Below are positions 1-10,243 of a stretch of 64,000 bases of DNA, one piece after another (position 1 is the stretch's first letter; every line of letters begins with the position of its first letter). Both the position numbers and the translations under genes were made by a program. The DNA comes from an uncultured delta proteobacterium. GTDB lineage: Bacteria; Desulfobacterota; Desulfobacteria; Desulfobacterales; JAFDCJ01. The stretch spans positions 224,001-288,000 of the forward strand of contig CAVYNY010000020.1 in NCBI GenBank assembly GCA_963769935.1, given 5' to 3'. The notes under the pieces were generated by a model. That model saw only the letters and a program-made list of their open reading frames with translations. It was not told the DNA's origin and made no database searches.

Positions 1-189
1 CGTCCCCAGAGAATCCGCTATATCAAAAAATATTCGCTGTCCAATCGCTCCCACGACTCAGACTGTGCCGCCGGAATGACGCGGGGGGCTTAGAGGGCAT
101 ATGTTACCGGCACCGGCTCCATACCATCCTTATGAATTTAAAAAAGAGACAATATTGTCGAAAACGGTACAAATATGAAGGCGATTTTC

Positions 190-618
190 TCAGTCTTCAG
201 GAGTTTGATGCAATTGACCGGCCTGATGGAGTTCAATTTTAATATATTTTGAGAATAGCTCGAAGTCTTTGTCTGTCGTGTATATTGAAAACCCGTTCCT
301 TGCAGCCACAGCGCAAATTAGGAAATCAGTATTTGATACCTGTATTCCTTTTGATCGGCATCGATTGAAATACTTTGCAGCCGTAACATAGTCTTCGGTG
401 AAAATTTGTAGATCGGGAAAGCTTTCAAGATGTTTCTGGAGCTTTTTAAACTGAGATTCACTGCGGATACCCGATAAAATCTCCTGACGTATGGGGCCAA
501 TCATTTGGACACGGTGGTCTCTGATTATATGCCGAAGCTCTTGAACGGGAGCAAAGGTGCCCTGTTTGTCGCGCCTTAAAGCCAGAGACCATACGCTCGT
601 GTCTACAATAACCTTCAT
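190..618 (-). CDS. vapC: PIN-domain ribonuclease toxin (VapC family)
   Basis: N-terminal VIVDTSVW, internal E (RQEIL), D (TDFLI) and C-terminal YTTDKDF PIN acidic motifs; overlaps upstream small gene by 4 nt. Confidence 0.9.
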   Translation of the reverse strand: MKVIVDTSVWSLALRRDKQGTFAPVQELRHIIRDHRVQMIGPIRQEILSGIRSESQFKKLQKHLESFPDLQIFTEDYVTAAKYFNRCRSKGIQVSNTDFLICAVAARNGFSIYTTDKDFELFSKYIKIELHQAGQLHQTPED

Positions 619-815
619 GTGCGGCGTCTCTGTTTTTTATAGTCATATTCCGGGTCGTATTCCACTTTGCCGAACATTGAGAGAATTTTTTCCTGCTCTA
701 AATGTTGTATATATTCTATTAGTGCCGTTGAGACCGCGTCCTTCTTAGTCTTGTGGCCGCCCAGCCTGACAGCTTTTAAGATAAGTTTGTCATCTATCTG
801 TAAATTTGTCGCCAT
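615..815 (-). CDS. vapB: VapB-type antitoxin (DUF2191-like)
   Basis: MATNLQIDDKLI...KTKKDAVSTAL.EY pattern; AAGGAGG RBS just upstream of ATG at 815; coupled to vapC. Confidence 0.85.
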   Translation of the reverse strand: MATNLQIDDKLILKAVRLGGHKTKKDAVSTALIEYIQHLEQEKILSMFGKVEYDPEYDYKKQRRRT

Positions 816-842
816 AAAGGGCACCTCCTTAAAATCTATAAA

Positions 843-873
843 CGACACACAATATTACACATTTGTTTGTGTG
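843..873. promoter_or_regulatory. Probable vapBC autoregulatory operator (CACAC...GTGTG inverted repeat)
   Basis: cgacacacaatattacacatttgtttgtgtg immediately upstream of vapB. Confidence 0.4.
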
Positions 874-1005
874 AAATCAAGCCGTATATTGGGAGTTTCA
901 ATAATTTAGCAGGATGAAAAAAGTTCAAGGTTGGTCTCTCGTAGAGTGCCGAGGGGACGGACGATTTTACTGTCCAGCGGAATAGGTACCAGAATTCCAT
1001 CAAAG

Positions 1006-1187
1006 AATGAATGGATTCTTTTATATTTTTTCCTAATAGACCCTGAACCATCTGCCGGAGCTACAGGGCAGGCAGGATCTACCGGATTTGTTGGATTTTT
1101 ATTGTTCTTTGTTTGCCGCCGCCGGCCCATATTGCCTTCGGCAAGATATAAAATCTATCTCTGCGATCTCCGCGTGCTCTGCGAGAG
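1006..1187. repeat. Partial/chimeric copy of the intergenic inverted-repeat element at 2710-3031
   Basis: aatgaatggattc...tagac[32-nt insert]aggatctaccggatttgttggattttt matches the arms of 2710-3031; ends in ctctgcg-type 9-mer repeats. Confidence 0.6.
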
Positions 1188-1207
1188 ATATTATAAATTA
1201 TTCGGGA

Positions 1208-2656
1208 CTATTTGAATCGATCGACCCGCTTTTGGATTTGTGCGGCCTGCTCCGCGGGGATATTTGCCGGCTGATGGTCCTGCAGGATTTTTTGCAGTTT
1301 CTTTTGGGCCCGCTCCAGCAGGCTCGTGCTGCCGGATGACTGCCATTTGTCGTGGCCCATGCGGCTGATCAACTTGGGCCGCCACTGGGTGGATTCGAGA
1401 TTCTGCAGGGTATGCAGATGGGCCAGAAAATTGCCGTCCGCCCCCACTTCTTTGATGACATCCACCGCCAGGGTTTTATCGTCGACCGGAATGCCCCGGT
1501 AAAGACGGCGCACCTGATCGATGATTTCGTCCAGAATCACAATCATTTCCAGGCTGCCGGTGAGGCCGAAATCCAGGTACCCCACATCATGATTCAAATT
1601 GGAGCCTGCCAACTGGGCGATGAAGGTTAGAAGGCCGGCTTCGAAGGTGGCCTGCCCGTCCGGGATCTGCGAATCGCTGGTGCCGGCGTAGCCCCAGTTG
1701 GGCAGGTTATAATAATGGCTCATCTCGATGATCGCCAGATAAGACAGAAGATATTCCGGCGCATTGTAGGAGCACTGGCCGGTGGCCATATCCAGCACCG
1801 CCGGCCCCATCCCCATAATAAAGGGGGCGCCCTTGGCTTTAAGCTGGTGGATCACCAGACCGGCAAAACATTCGGCCAGGCCCTGGGCCACATGCCCGGC
1901 AATGGTCATCGGAGCGGTGGAGCCGGCAATCGGGGCCGGCGAAAAGATAACCGGCATGGCTTTTTCGGCGCAAAACAGGAGTTTGTCCACACTCTCGACC
2001 GGAAACTTCAAAGGGCTTACAGGTTCCCCGTAATAAATGGCATACGGCTTGGAGCGCAGCCCGTCTTCCCCGCCGCGCAGGATACACCCGATTGCCCACA
2101 TGGCGCTCAGATCGTCGCGGTTGTCGGCCGTGCAGACAATCGGCTTGGTCGAATTGGCCGCCATGGCCTGGAAGCTGCGCAAATAGGCCTGCTTGGCCGG
2201 ATAGTCGGACGGATTGGCAAAAGACATGATAAAGTCAATGTTGGGCAGGGCGTCGGCCGCCTTGGCTGCCCGGATGACGTCTTCCAGCAGGCAGCGGTGG
2301 CGCTGCATGCTCTTTGAATCCAGGGAGTAAATAAGATCGGAACCGGTGCCGTAATAGGAACGGTGCCCGCCAAGGTCCATGGCCTGTTTGCCTTCGCGGT
2401 CGTAGATCAGGATGTTATTGGGTGCGCTTGCCAGGGCCTGCTGAACAAGTTTCCCGGGGATTTTCACCATGCGCTCTTCTGATACGGAACAGCCGGCATC
2501 TTTGAGAAGCGCCAAGGCTTCGTCGTGGAATATTTTCATGCCGATATCGCTCAGGATCTGAAAAACAGCCCGGTGAATTTTTTCCTTATCCTCTTGGGAG
2601 AGAAACGACAATGTCGGCCGCATGGATATTTCTTCGACAGGTATGGTAGGATTCAT
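1208..2656 (-). CDS. Trimethylamine methyltransferase (MttB) superfamily protein, non-pyrrolysine
   Basis: GSTAPMTIAG, GYAGTSDSQIPDGQATFE, NLNHDVGYL, LAVDVIKEVG..GNFL.H.HT motifs; no in-frame TAG. Confidence 0.92.
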   Translation of the reverse strand: MNPTIPVEEISMRPTLSFLSQEDKEKIHRAVFQILSDIGMKIFHDEALALLKDAGCSVSEERMVKIPGKLVQQALASAPNNILIYDREGKQAMDLGGHRSYYGTGSDLIYSLDSKSMQRHRCLLEDVIRAAKAADALPNIDFIMSFANPSDYPAKQAYLRSFQAMAANSTKPIVCTADNRDDLSAMWAIGCILRGGEDGLRSKPYAIYYGEPVSPLKFPVESVDKLLFCAEKAMPVIFSPAPIAGSTAPMTIAGHVAQGLAECFAGLVIHQLKAKGAPFIMGMGPAVLDMATGQCSYNAPEYLLSYLAIIEMSHYYNLPNWGYAGTSDSQIPDGQATFEAGLLTFIAQLAGSNLNHDVGYLDFGLTGSLEMIVILDEIIDQVRRLYRGIPVDDKTLAVDVIKEVGADGNFLAHLHTLQNLESTQWRPKLISRMGHDKWQSSGSTSLLERAQKKLQKILQDHQPANIPAEQAAQIQKRVDRFK

Positions 2657-2670
2657 TGTTATAGCCCCGG

Positions 2671-2708
2671 AATTTAGTTTGATGGATAAAATTTAGTTTG
2701 ATGGATAA
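2671..2708. repeat. 19-bp perfect tandem duplication
   Basis: aatttagtttgatggataa x2, between the mttB-like start and the IR element. Confidence 0.85.
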
Positions 2709-2709
2709 A

Positions 2710-3031
2710 AATGAATGGATTCGATTTTAATTTCTTTAAGTAGACAGGATTTACAGGATGAACAGGATCTTTTCAAGGTTTCCGGATGAAACCGTGAAAA
2801 CAGCAACCGCCTTCCGGCGCAGTATTGGGCGCTACGTGACTAAGATCAAGGATACCCTATTTATTGATGAACGAAATGCTATTCAAATCTGGGACAACAC
2901 TGAAGCTTCTACATTTTCCGCGAAGCGGATTATCTATTTCCGGTTTCCTCCGGAAACCGGAAATTAAAAATATCCCAACAATCCTGCAAATCCTGTCTAT
3001 TTTTAAAAAATAAAACCAGAATCCATTCGTT
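2710..3031. repeat. ~320-bp non-coding element with nested terminal inverted repeats and 9-mer (ACAGGATnn) arms; MITE-like
   Basis: aatgaatggattc / gaatccattcgtt termini; tagacaggatttacaggatgaacaggat vs atcccaacaatcctgcaaatcctgtcta; internal ggtttcc..gaaacc hairpins. Confidence 0.7.
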
Positions 3032-3060
3032 AATTTATAAAATTAATTTCACTGAATGTT

Positions 3061-4945
3061 TCATGCCGCTAACCCGGGATGATCCTGACTGAATTTGATT
3101 CCCAGTTCGGCCAGTTTGGCCGCCGTCGGCCGGCCCTGCGCGTCCCATCCCATGACGCTGTAAAATTTCTTTCTCATGGGTTCCATCCACTCCGACGGTT
3201 TGGACGGCGCCTGACCGGAATTGTACTCTTTGTCAAAAAACATATCCGGCAGACGATCATCGGCCGCGCCGACGCCGCAGCGCAGGTTAAAGAGCCTTTC
3301 GGTGTTGACGATTCTCTCCCCCGCGGCAAAAAGATCGGCCACTGCAACCGGCTCTCCGGTCAGAGCCGCCGCCAGTTCCGTCTCGGCCACCAGGTCATAG
3401 GCGCAGATGAGGGATAAGGCCGGGACTTTGCATATGCCGAGGCTGTCCATCACCGTGCCGACAATCATGGCCTTTCGAACCAGTTCGGCTTTGCCGTGGA
3501 TGGATTTGAGATCGGAGGCCTTGGGTGTTCCGAACTCCTCGCCGGGCTCGTCCGGCATCCATTTATGTTCCAGCGCGGAGTAGACGTCGTTAAAATCCGC
3601 TCCACGGCTGGCAACCGTATATCCCAGGGCCGTACCCATCATGTTGTCCGGATGATAGCCGGACAGCCCAAGCCCTTTGACATGCGCGGCATAGTATTCG
3701 GATCCTCGCCCGATGATCTGGGCGGCCCGGCGCACGCCTTTGCCAAGCACGGCGCCGAACCCTTGGCCTGAGGCCATCTGTCTGATCAACGCCTCCATTG
3801 AGTTCCCGTTGCCCCAGGCCAGGTCCAATCCGCCGGTATCTTCCAATGTCAGAATATGGCGGTCAAAGAGATCCATGACAAAGGAAATGACGTTGCCGGC
3901 TGAGATATTGTCGATCCCCAGCCGGGAGCAAAGGTTGTCCAGGTAGACCAGGGTGTCCAGATCGGTCAAGCCGCATTTGGCCCCCAGCGACAGCATGGGT
4001 TCGAACTCGGGCCGGAAGACTTTTTCACCCTTGAGCCGGCCGCTGGTAAATTTCAGTTCAGCCTTGCATTGAACGGGGCATCGAAAACAGCCGCGCGACC
4101 GGGTGACCTTGTCCGTCAGATTTTTCCCGTCAATTCGATCCGCAGCCTCAAAGGTATTGGTCCGAAAATTGCGGGTAGCAATAATGCCCAGGTCATCCGC
4201 CCATTTGACGTAGCCGGCTCCCCCGTGCGTTTTAAATGTTTTAAATTCGCGGCGAATTTTTTATCTGCCGGGCATAGCGGATGACGGCTTCATTATCCGT
4301 CACCGGGACCGGAATCGGTTTCGGGGGGTTTTGTCCTTTGATAACAACGGCCTTCAGGTTTTTAGACCCCATGACCGTACCCATGCCGGTGCGTCCGGCG
4401 GCATGATCGCCGTCCGACATGATGCAGCCGAACAGCACGCCGTTTTCGGCGCCCGGACCGATGGTCAAAATCCTTAATTTTTGGCTGCCCAGCATGGTTT
4501 TAAGCTGCTCGTCGGTTTGTCGGGTGTCCAGCCCCCAGAGCGATTCGGCGCTGCGGATTTCAATCGTATCGCCGTCGATCAACAAGTAAACCGGCTTCGG
4601 TGCCTTGCCGCGGATAATCAGGCTTTGAATGCCGCCGGCGCGCAGCTGGGCGCCGAAGGCGCCTCCGATATTCGAGCTTCCCAGGATGCCGGTCAAGGGG
4701 GAACGGGCATTGAGGTGCAGCCTGGAGGAGGAGGGCGCCGCGGTTCCGGTCAGCAGACCGCAGGAAAACATGAGAATGTTCTCGGGCCCGAGGGGATCGC
4801 AATCTTGCGGCAGATTCGCATAAAGATACTGGACATTGAAGCCCCGGCCGCCGAGATACTTCCAGGTCAGCTCGGCGGGGAAAGGCTTGAATTCCCAGGC
4901 TCCCGTACTCAGATCGATTTTAAGAATGCGCCCCAAAAATGCCAT
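3061..4945 (-). pseudogene. aor: Aldehyde:ferredoxin oxidoreductase (W/Mo-pterin), one +1 frameshift near 4250
   Basis: LGGRG, ARSPLTG, AAGRTGMGTVMGSKNLKA, CFRCPVQC, RPEFE, DDRLP motifs; removing one base at ...NSP|EFKTFKTHGG joins 4241-4945 to the frame of 3061-3996. Confidence 0.88.
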
Positions 4946-5118
4946 GCTGCAGAGTGTCCTTTAAGCGCTTGCCGGGTGTGCCGCCGGCGAGCTTATAATT
5001 TATGGAGACATTATATTTTAGGGAAACTTGAAGCGAGTGTCAAGGATGATGGCGCGGATGTGAAGGTATCGTTAAAGTAAATTCTAAAGCAGTTGCAGCG
5101 GCAGGTTTTAAAAGATAA

Positions 5119-5336
5119 CAAAATTCCAAATTTCAAGCACCAAATTCCAAATAAATTTCAAATCCCAATATCCAATGACCGAAACATTCATCAGAGTTGT
5201 ATCGTATCCGCTTCTAAACCCAGGTCTGCCGTTGATCTTTCCATTAGATACAATCGTCAAATGATTATTTGTTTGGAATTTTGAATTTCGGTGATTGGTA
5301 TTTGTTTGGAATTTGGTTTTTGGAGCTTGGAATTTG
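5119..5336. repeat. Inverted pair of degenerate 7-mer arrays (CAAATTC / GAATTTG)
   Basis: aaattccaaatttcaagcaccaaattccaaat... at 5119-5185 and gtttggaattttgaatttc...ttggaatttg at 5271-5336. Confidence 0.75.
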
Positions 5337-5401
5337 TCATAACCTCATACTGATTATTTGACTTCGAGCACTTTTATTAGGGACCTAACGCTTAATTCTA
5401 C

Positions 5402-6937
5402 CTACTTTAATTTTCCAACCTTCTTTTCCACTGCGGCCAGTATCTTGCCGCTGCACATCAGCTCCCGCATGGCGGTGATGTCGTGTGACAGGATGCGATC
5501 GCAGTCCAGATTAGGAATCACCTCGCGGATGACGCGGTAGGCTTCCATGGTGCCCTCACCGGGTTTCAGGTTGGTGAAAAGGTCCAGGGCCTGGGCGGCG
5601 CACAGAAGTTCGATGGCGACCACATCCCGGGTATTGTTTACCACCTCGCGGCACTGGCGGGCTGCGATAGTGCCCATGGAGACATGGTCTTCCTTGTTGG
5701 CCGAGGTGGGGATTGAATCCACGCTGGCCGGATGGCAGAGCACCTTGTTTTCAGACACCAGGGCCGCCGCCGTGTACTGGGCGATCATAAAACCGGAATT
5801 AAGCCCGCCGTCGCCGACCAGAAAGGCCGGCAGTCCGCTCAGCATGGGATTGACCAGCCGCTCGATTCGACGCTCGGAAATATTGGCCAGTTCGGCAACG
5901 GCCATGCTCAGAAAATCCATGGCCAGAGCCACCGGCTGCCCGTGAAAGTTGCCGCCCAGCAAAAAGTCCTGGGTTGCGGCATAAATCAGCGGATTGTTGG
6001 TGGATGAATTCATCTCGGTTTCGATAACCTTGCGGCAATAGTTGACGGCGTCCTTGGTGGCGCCGTGCACCTGGGGCGAACACCTGAGGGTGTAAGCATC
6101 CTGCACCCGGCCGCAGTCCTTGTGGGAGGTTATGATTTCGCTGTTGCGGACAATTCGTTCCATGTTGTCGGCGGCCGCGGCCTGGCCGGGATGCGGCCGG
6201 ATGGCATGGATCCTGGCATTGAATTCGGTGCGGCTGCCCATCAGTACCTCGAGACTCATGGCGGACGCTATATCGATCAGCTTGGAAAAATGGACGGCGT
6301 CATTGACCGCCAAAGCGCCGATCGCGGTCATCACCTGGGTGCCGTTGACCAGCGCCAGACCTTCTGCAGCCTCCAGTTGGATGGGCTCCAGACCGCACTT
6401 GCTCAGCACCTGCTGACCGGTCATTTTCTGCCCTTTGTAAAACGCTTCACCCAGTCCGACCAGAACCAGCGCCAAATGGGCCAGGGGCGCCAGGTCGCCG
6501 CTGGCTCCGACCGAGCCTTTCTGCGGGATCAACGGGCAAACACCCCAGTTGAGAAGCGCAATCAGGTGTTCGACGGTCTCAAGGCAGATGCCGGAATGAC
6601 CGCGGGCCAGATCCTGGATTCGCAGTGCCATGACGGCGCGTACGGTTTCCTCGTTCAGCGGTTCACCGACGCCGGCTGCATGGCTCATGAGAATATTTTG
6701 CTGCAGCCGGCGCGTGTCTTTTTTGGAAATCACCACATCACTTAACGCACCGAATCCGGTGGTAACGCCGTATATGGTTCTTTCTTCCTCAACCCATTTT
6801 TCGATCAAGCGGCGGGTATCCCGCAATCTTTGTTCCGAAGCTTCGGTTAATTTGACATGCGCGCCCTGCCTGGCGATTTTGACCAGTTTCTCCAGCGTCA
6901 TGCCGTCCATGTCGATCATAATTGTTTTTGCAGCCAA
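5402..6937 (-). CDS. hutH: Histidine ammonia-lyase
   Basis: IYGVTTGFG, LMSHAAG (His-selective SH), GSVGASGDLAPL (MIO-forming ASG), VQDAYTLRC, GGNFHG, EDHVSMG. Confidence 0.96.
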   Translation of the reverse strand: MAAKTIMIDMDGMTLEKLVKIARQGAHVKLTEASEQRLRDTRRLIEKWVEEERTIYGVTTGFGALSDVVISKKDTRRLQQNILMSHAAGVGEPLNEETVRAVMALRIQDLARGHSGICLETVEHLIALLNWGVCPLIPQKGSVGASGDLAPLAHLALVLVGLGEAFYKGQKMTGQQVLSKCGLEPIQLEAAEGLALVNGTQVMTAIGALAVNDAVHFSKLIDIASAMSLEVLMGSRTEFNARIHAIRPHPGQAAAADNMERIVRNSEIITSHKDCGRVQDAYTLRCSPQVHGATKDAVNYCRKVIETEMNSSTNNPLIYAATQDFLLGGNFHGQPVALAMDFLSMAVAELANISERRIERLVNPMLSGLPAFLVGDGGLNSGFMIAQYTAAALVSENKVLCHPASVDSIPTSANKEDHVSMGTIAARQCREVVNNTRDVVAIELLCAAQALDLFTNLKPGEGTMEAYRVIREVIPNLDCDRILSHDITAMRELMCSGKILAAVEKKVGKLK

Positions 6938-7005
6938 TGGTTGCTCCTTATATAGGTTTCAGGTTTCAGGCGTCAGCGTCGACCGCCGAAGTCTATCAGC
7001 TTATA

Positions 7006-8466
7006 TCAGGCCAATTCCTTCTCCCCGCGCTTTTTTATCTCCTCCAGGCTCGCCAGGGTCTTATCGCCAAGGACCGGCGGCCGGTGTGTTTCCAGGATTT
7101 GCTGAATCTTTTCCCGCACCCGGGTGGCCGTATCTTTGGCGCCGGCTTCCTGCCACCGAGTGTACTGCTGGCGCGTAAATATATCGGGACGCCAGAGTTC
7201 ATGCTGGAAATGCTGCAGGGTATGCTTTGTATCAAGAAAATTACCGCCCGGTCCGACGGATGCAATTATCTCCCGCGCCAGAGCTTGCCGGGATATCTCG
7301 AACCCGCGCAAAAACCGCTTGGTCATTCCGATAAGTTCGTTGCCGACGATCAGCTGTTCCACCGCACAAACCATCCCCATGTCCATGTAGCCGACGTCGT
7401 GAATCAAATTCAGACCCGCCAGCCCCTGCGCCATTATATGGAAGGCGGCTTCGGCGCCGGCCTGGGCATCCAGAACTTTGGCATCGGTAGAGCCGGCCAG
7501 ACCCCAGGTGGGCAGGCCGAAGTGCTGGGCGACCTCGGCCTGGGCCGCCAGGGCTAGGCTCATTTCGGGCGCGGCCGTGCACATCAGCCCGGTGCCCATG
7601 TCGAAAATGCCGAAATTACATCCCAGTCCCACGGGGCTGCCCGGACGGCGAAGTTGAACCAGCACCAGCCCCATCAATGATTCCGCCAATCCCTGGGCGA
7701 CTGCGCCGGCTATCGTCACCGGACCCGTGGCGCCGGGCTGGATCGCCGGGCCCATCATCTGCGGCAGGCCCAGATCGGCGGCGACAAACATTCGCGCCAC
7801 CACCTCGGCGGGAAAGACAAGCGGCGAGATCGATTCGGGATACAAGACCAGAAACGGTTTTTCGCGCAGTCGGTCAAGCCCGCCGCTGACGGCTGCGGCC
7901 ATTTCGTAAACCAGTTCCGTGCCGCGTGCCGAATAGGTCAGGAAAACGATCGGTTTGGCGGTGTTGCCGACAACCGCCGCAAACTCATGCAAGTCGGCGG
8001 CTTTGGCCGGCACATCCTGGCAGGAGCCCATGGGCATCACCCAGTCGATATGTTCCAGGCTGTCGGCTATTTTGGCAGCCCGCGCGATGTCGGCGACGGT
8101 GGTCGGATGCACCGCACCGGTCAGGGCGTCTTTGGTGTTGGGGCTGGCGGTGGAGGTGCCGTAGTAGCTTTTTCGGTTTTCAACCTCCAGGGCCCGCTGC
8201 CCTTCACGATTGTAGATGGTCCAGCCCCTGGGTGCGGTGTTAAGGCATTGCCGGACAATAAACTCCGGCACTCTGATACGATCTTCGGAAACGACGGCGC
8301 CGGCCTTCTTCAGCATGGTTCCGGCATCCGGATGCAGGACTTTGAATCCCACCTTCTCCATCACTTCGAATGCCGCCCGGATTAGTTGCTGAATCTGATC
8401 ATCGGTCAGCATCCTGAACAACGGACTTTGTTTTTTCGTCGAGTTGGTCTGAATCATAATCCGCAC
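7006..8466 (-). CDS. MttB superfamily methyltransferase, non-pyrrolysine (start may be 8457)
   Basis: GATGPVTIAG, GLAGSTDAKVLDAQAGAE, NLIHDVGYM, VGPGGNFL..KHT. Confidence 0.92.
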   Translation of the reverse strand: MRIMIQTNSTKKQSPLFRMLTDDQIQQLIRAAFEVMEKVGFKVLHPDAGTMLKKAGAVVSEDRIRVPEFIVRQCLNTAPRGWTIYNREGQRALEVENRKSYYGTSTASPNTKDALTGAVHPTTVADIARAAKIADSLEHIDWVMPMGSCQDVPAKAADLHEFAAVVGNTAKPIVFLTYSARGTELVYEMAAAVSGGLDRLREKPFLVLYPESISPLVFPAEVVARMFVAADLGLPQMMGPAIQPGATGPVTIAGAVAQGLAESLMGLVLVQLRRPGSPVGLGCNFGIFDMGTGLMCTAAPEMSLALAAQAEVAQHFGLPTWGLAGSTDAKVLDAQAGAEAAFHIMAQGLAGLNLIHDVGYMDMGMVCAVEQLIVGNELIGMTKRFLRGFEISRQALAREIIASVGPGGNFLDTKHTLQHFQHELWRPDIFTRQQYTRWQEAGAKDTATRVREKIQQILETHRPPVLGDKTLASLEEIKKRGEKELA

Positions 8467-8650
8467 CTCCGGCTTGATAGGGTTGAGCAGGACTTAATTT
8501 TCGATCATTTTTGTATAGTTTATCGCTTGACCATTTTCAACATTTTCTTTATTGTTGATGGCAACTGCACGAGACCATATAGCAGATTCCCCGCAATCCG
8601 CTGTTCTAATGCATGTTTAATACAATCCGCATCAACCTGCGGAGATCCAC

Positions 8651-8822
8651 GTGTGCCCGTTGGCCCGTCTGCCGGTCAGCCGGTTTTCATGTGGGCCGGT
8701 AAACCGAAACGGGCCGGCGAACCTGTAGGCTGACCGGGCAGCTGACTAATCGGCCGACGGGTCAACCGGATAACCGGTCAACGAGCAAACGGGCCAACGG
8801 GCCAACCGGCTAACGGAACAAC
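8651..8822. repeat. Inverted 8-mer arrays (GTTGGCCC / GGGCCAAC family)
   Basis: left arm ~4 units at 8651-8686; right arm 9 units at 8751-8822. Confidence 0.8.
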
Positions 8823-8897
8823 CCGTCCCACTATTCACCGCATTGATTAGGGCTTTGCGACACCTAGAAAAAATACTTGATCAAAGGAGTTAAGTAC

Positions 8898-10202
8898 ATG
8901 GATAAAAATTATGATGCAATCATTGTCGGCGCCGGCATCATCGGTTGCTGTACGGCTTTTGAGTTGGCGAAAAGGGGCTACAAAACGCTTAACGTTGAAA
9001 AACTGGGGGCCTCGGGGCAGGGGTCGACCGGGGGGTCGTGTGCCATCATCCGGCTGCACTACTCGACGCCCGACGGTGTCGCCATGGCCCGTGAAGGCTA
9101 TTACTACTGGCTTGAATGGCCGCAACATCTGCAGGTCGAAGACAAGGCCGGCATGGCCCGCTACGTCAACACCGGCTGCCTGGTTATCAAAACAGCCCTG
9201 AACAAATATCTGAAAAATGTTATGGCCAGTCTGGACAATATGGGCGTCGCTTACGAAGAACTGGATCGGGCCGGCATCCGGGAAAAAATGCCGCTGCTGG
9301 ATCTGCAGACATACTTTCCACCCAAGCTTCTCAACGATCCGGATTTCGGCCGCCCCACCGGCGAAGCCATCGAGGGCGCAATTTTTGTCCCCGAGTCCGG
9401 CTACATCACCGACCCGCAGCTGTCGACCCACAATGCCCAGATGGCAGCCGAGGCCAAAGGCGGGGAGTTCCGGTTCAATGCCGAAGTTGTGGAAATTCTG
9501 AAAAAGGACGGTCGGGTGGCCGGCGTCCGATTGAAAGACGGATCACGGGTATACGCGCCCGTGGTTGTTAATATCGCCGGGCCGCATTCGTATCTCATCA
9601 ACCGCATGGCCGGGGTCGAGAAGGGCATGAAAATCAAGACCCGGGCCCTGCGGCAGGAAGTCTGCCATGTGCCCGCCCCCGAAGGTTTTGACTACGAGAA
9701 AGCCGGAATGATCATATCGGACGGCGATATCGGCTGCTACTCGCGCCCGGAAGTCGGCAATCACGTGCTGATCGGCAGCGAAGATCCGGAGTGTGACGAA
9801 CGCGAATTTGTCCATCCGGATGATTATGACAGCAGCTTCACGGACCAGTGGACCACCCAGGCCATGCGCGAAGCCCAGCGCATCAAAGGGCTGCCCATCC
9901 CCAACCAGGCCCAGGGCGTCGTCGACCTTTACGACGTCTCCGACGACTGGATTCCGATTTACGACAAATCCGATTTGCCGGGTTATTACATGGCCATCGG
10001 CACATCGGGAAATCAATACAAAAACGCCCCGGTAGCCGGCGTATTAATGGCCGAGTTGATTCAAAAGGTCGAAGCCGGCCACGATCACGACAACGATCCG
10101 GTCAGGTTCGTCATGCGGCATACCGGCCGGGAATGCAACATCGGTTTTTTCAGCCGGTTAAGAGAGATCAACCCCGATTCCAGCTTTTCGGTCATCGGAT
10201 AA
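8898..10202 (+). CDS. FAD-dependent oxidoreductase, DAO / sarcosine-oxidase-beta-like
   Basis: IIVGAGIIG dinucleotide motif, GST..S.AIIR, VVNIAGP, YDVSDDWIPI, GTSGNQYKNAP; AAGGAG RBS. Confidence 0.9.
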   Translation: MDKNYDAIIVGAGIIGCCTAFELAKRGYKTLNVEKLGASGQGSTGGSCAIIRLHYSTPDGVAMAREGYYYWLEWPQHLQVEDKAGMARYVNTGCLVIKTALNKYLKNVMASLDNMGVAYEELDRAGIREKMPLLDLQTYFPPKLLNDPDFGRPTGEAIEGAIFVPESGYITDPQLSTHNAQMAAEAKGGEFRFNAEVVEILKKDGRVAGVRLKDGSRVYAPVVVNIAGPHSYLINRMAGVEKGMKIKTRALRQEVCHVPAPEGFDYEKAGMIISDGDIGCYSRPEVGNHVLIGSEDPECDEREFVHPDDYDSSFTDQWTTQAMREAQRIKGLPIPNQAQGVVDLYDVSDDWIPIYDKSDLPGYYMAIGTSGNQYKNAPVAGVLMAELIQKVEAGHDHDNDPVRFVMRHTGRECNIGFFSRLREINPDSSFSVIG

Positions 10203-10243
10203 TCCCCCGGCTTCAAGATCCCCAGGGATTTCAAGGTAGAGAT

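Noticed and set aside
836..1385. Small ORFs between vapB and the mttB-like gene
   Set aside because: They overlap repeat elements or the neighbouring gene and show no recognisable motifs
4241..4260. Programmed frameshift in aor
   Set aside because: The inferred shift lies in ccgcga rather than a slippery run; similar indels occur in unrelated genes
5402..6937. Ergothionase or Phe/Tyr ammonia-lyase instead of HutH
   Set aside because: The MIO-forming ASG and His-selective SH motif are intact
1208..8466. Pyrrolysine-containing trimethylamine methyltransferases
   Set aside because: Both ORFs are uninterrupted, with ordinary residues at the AGxxD site; no pyl genes seen
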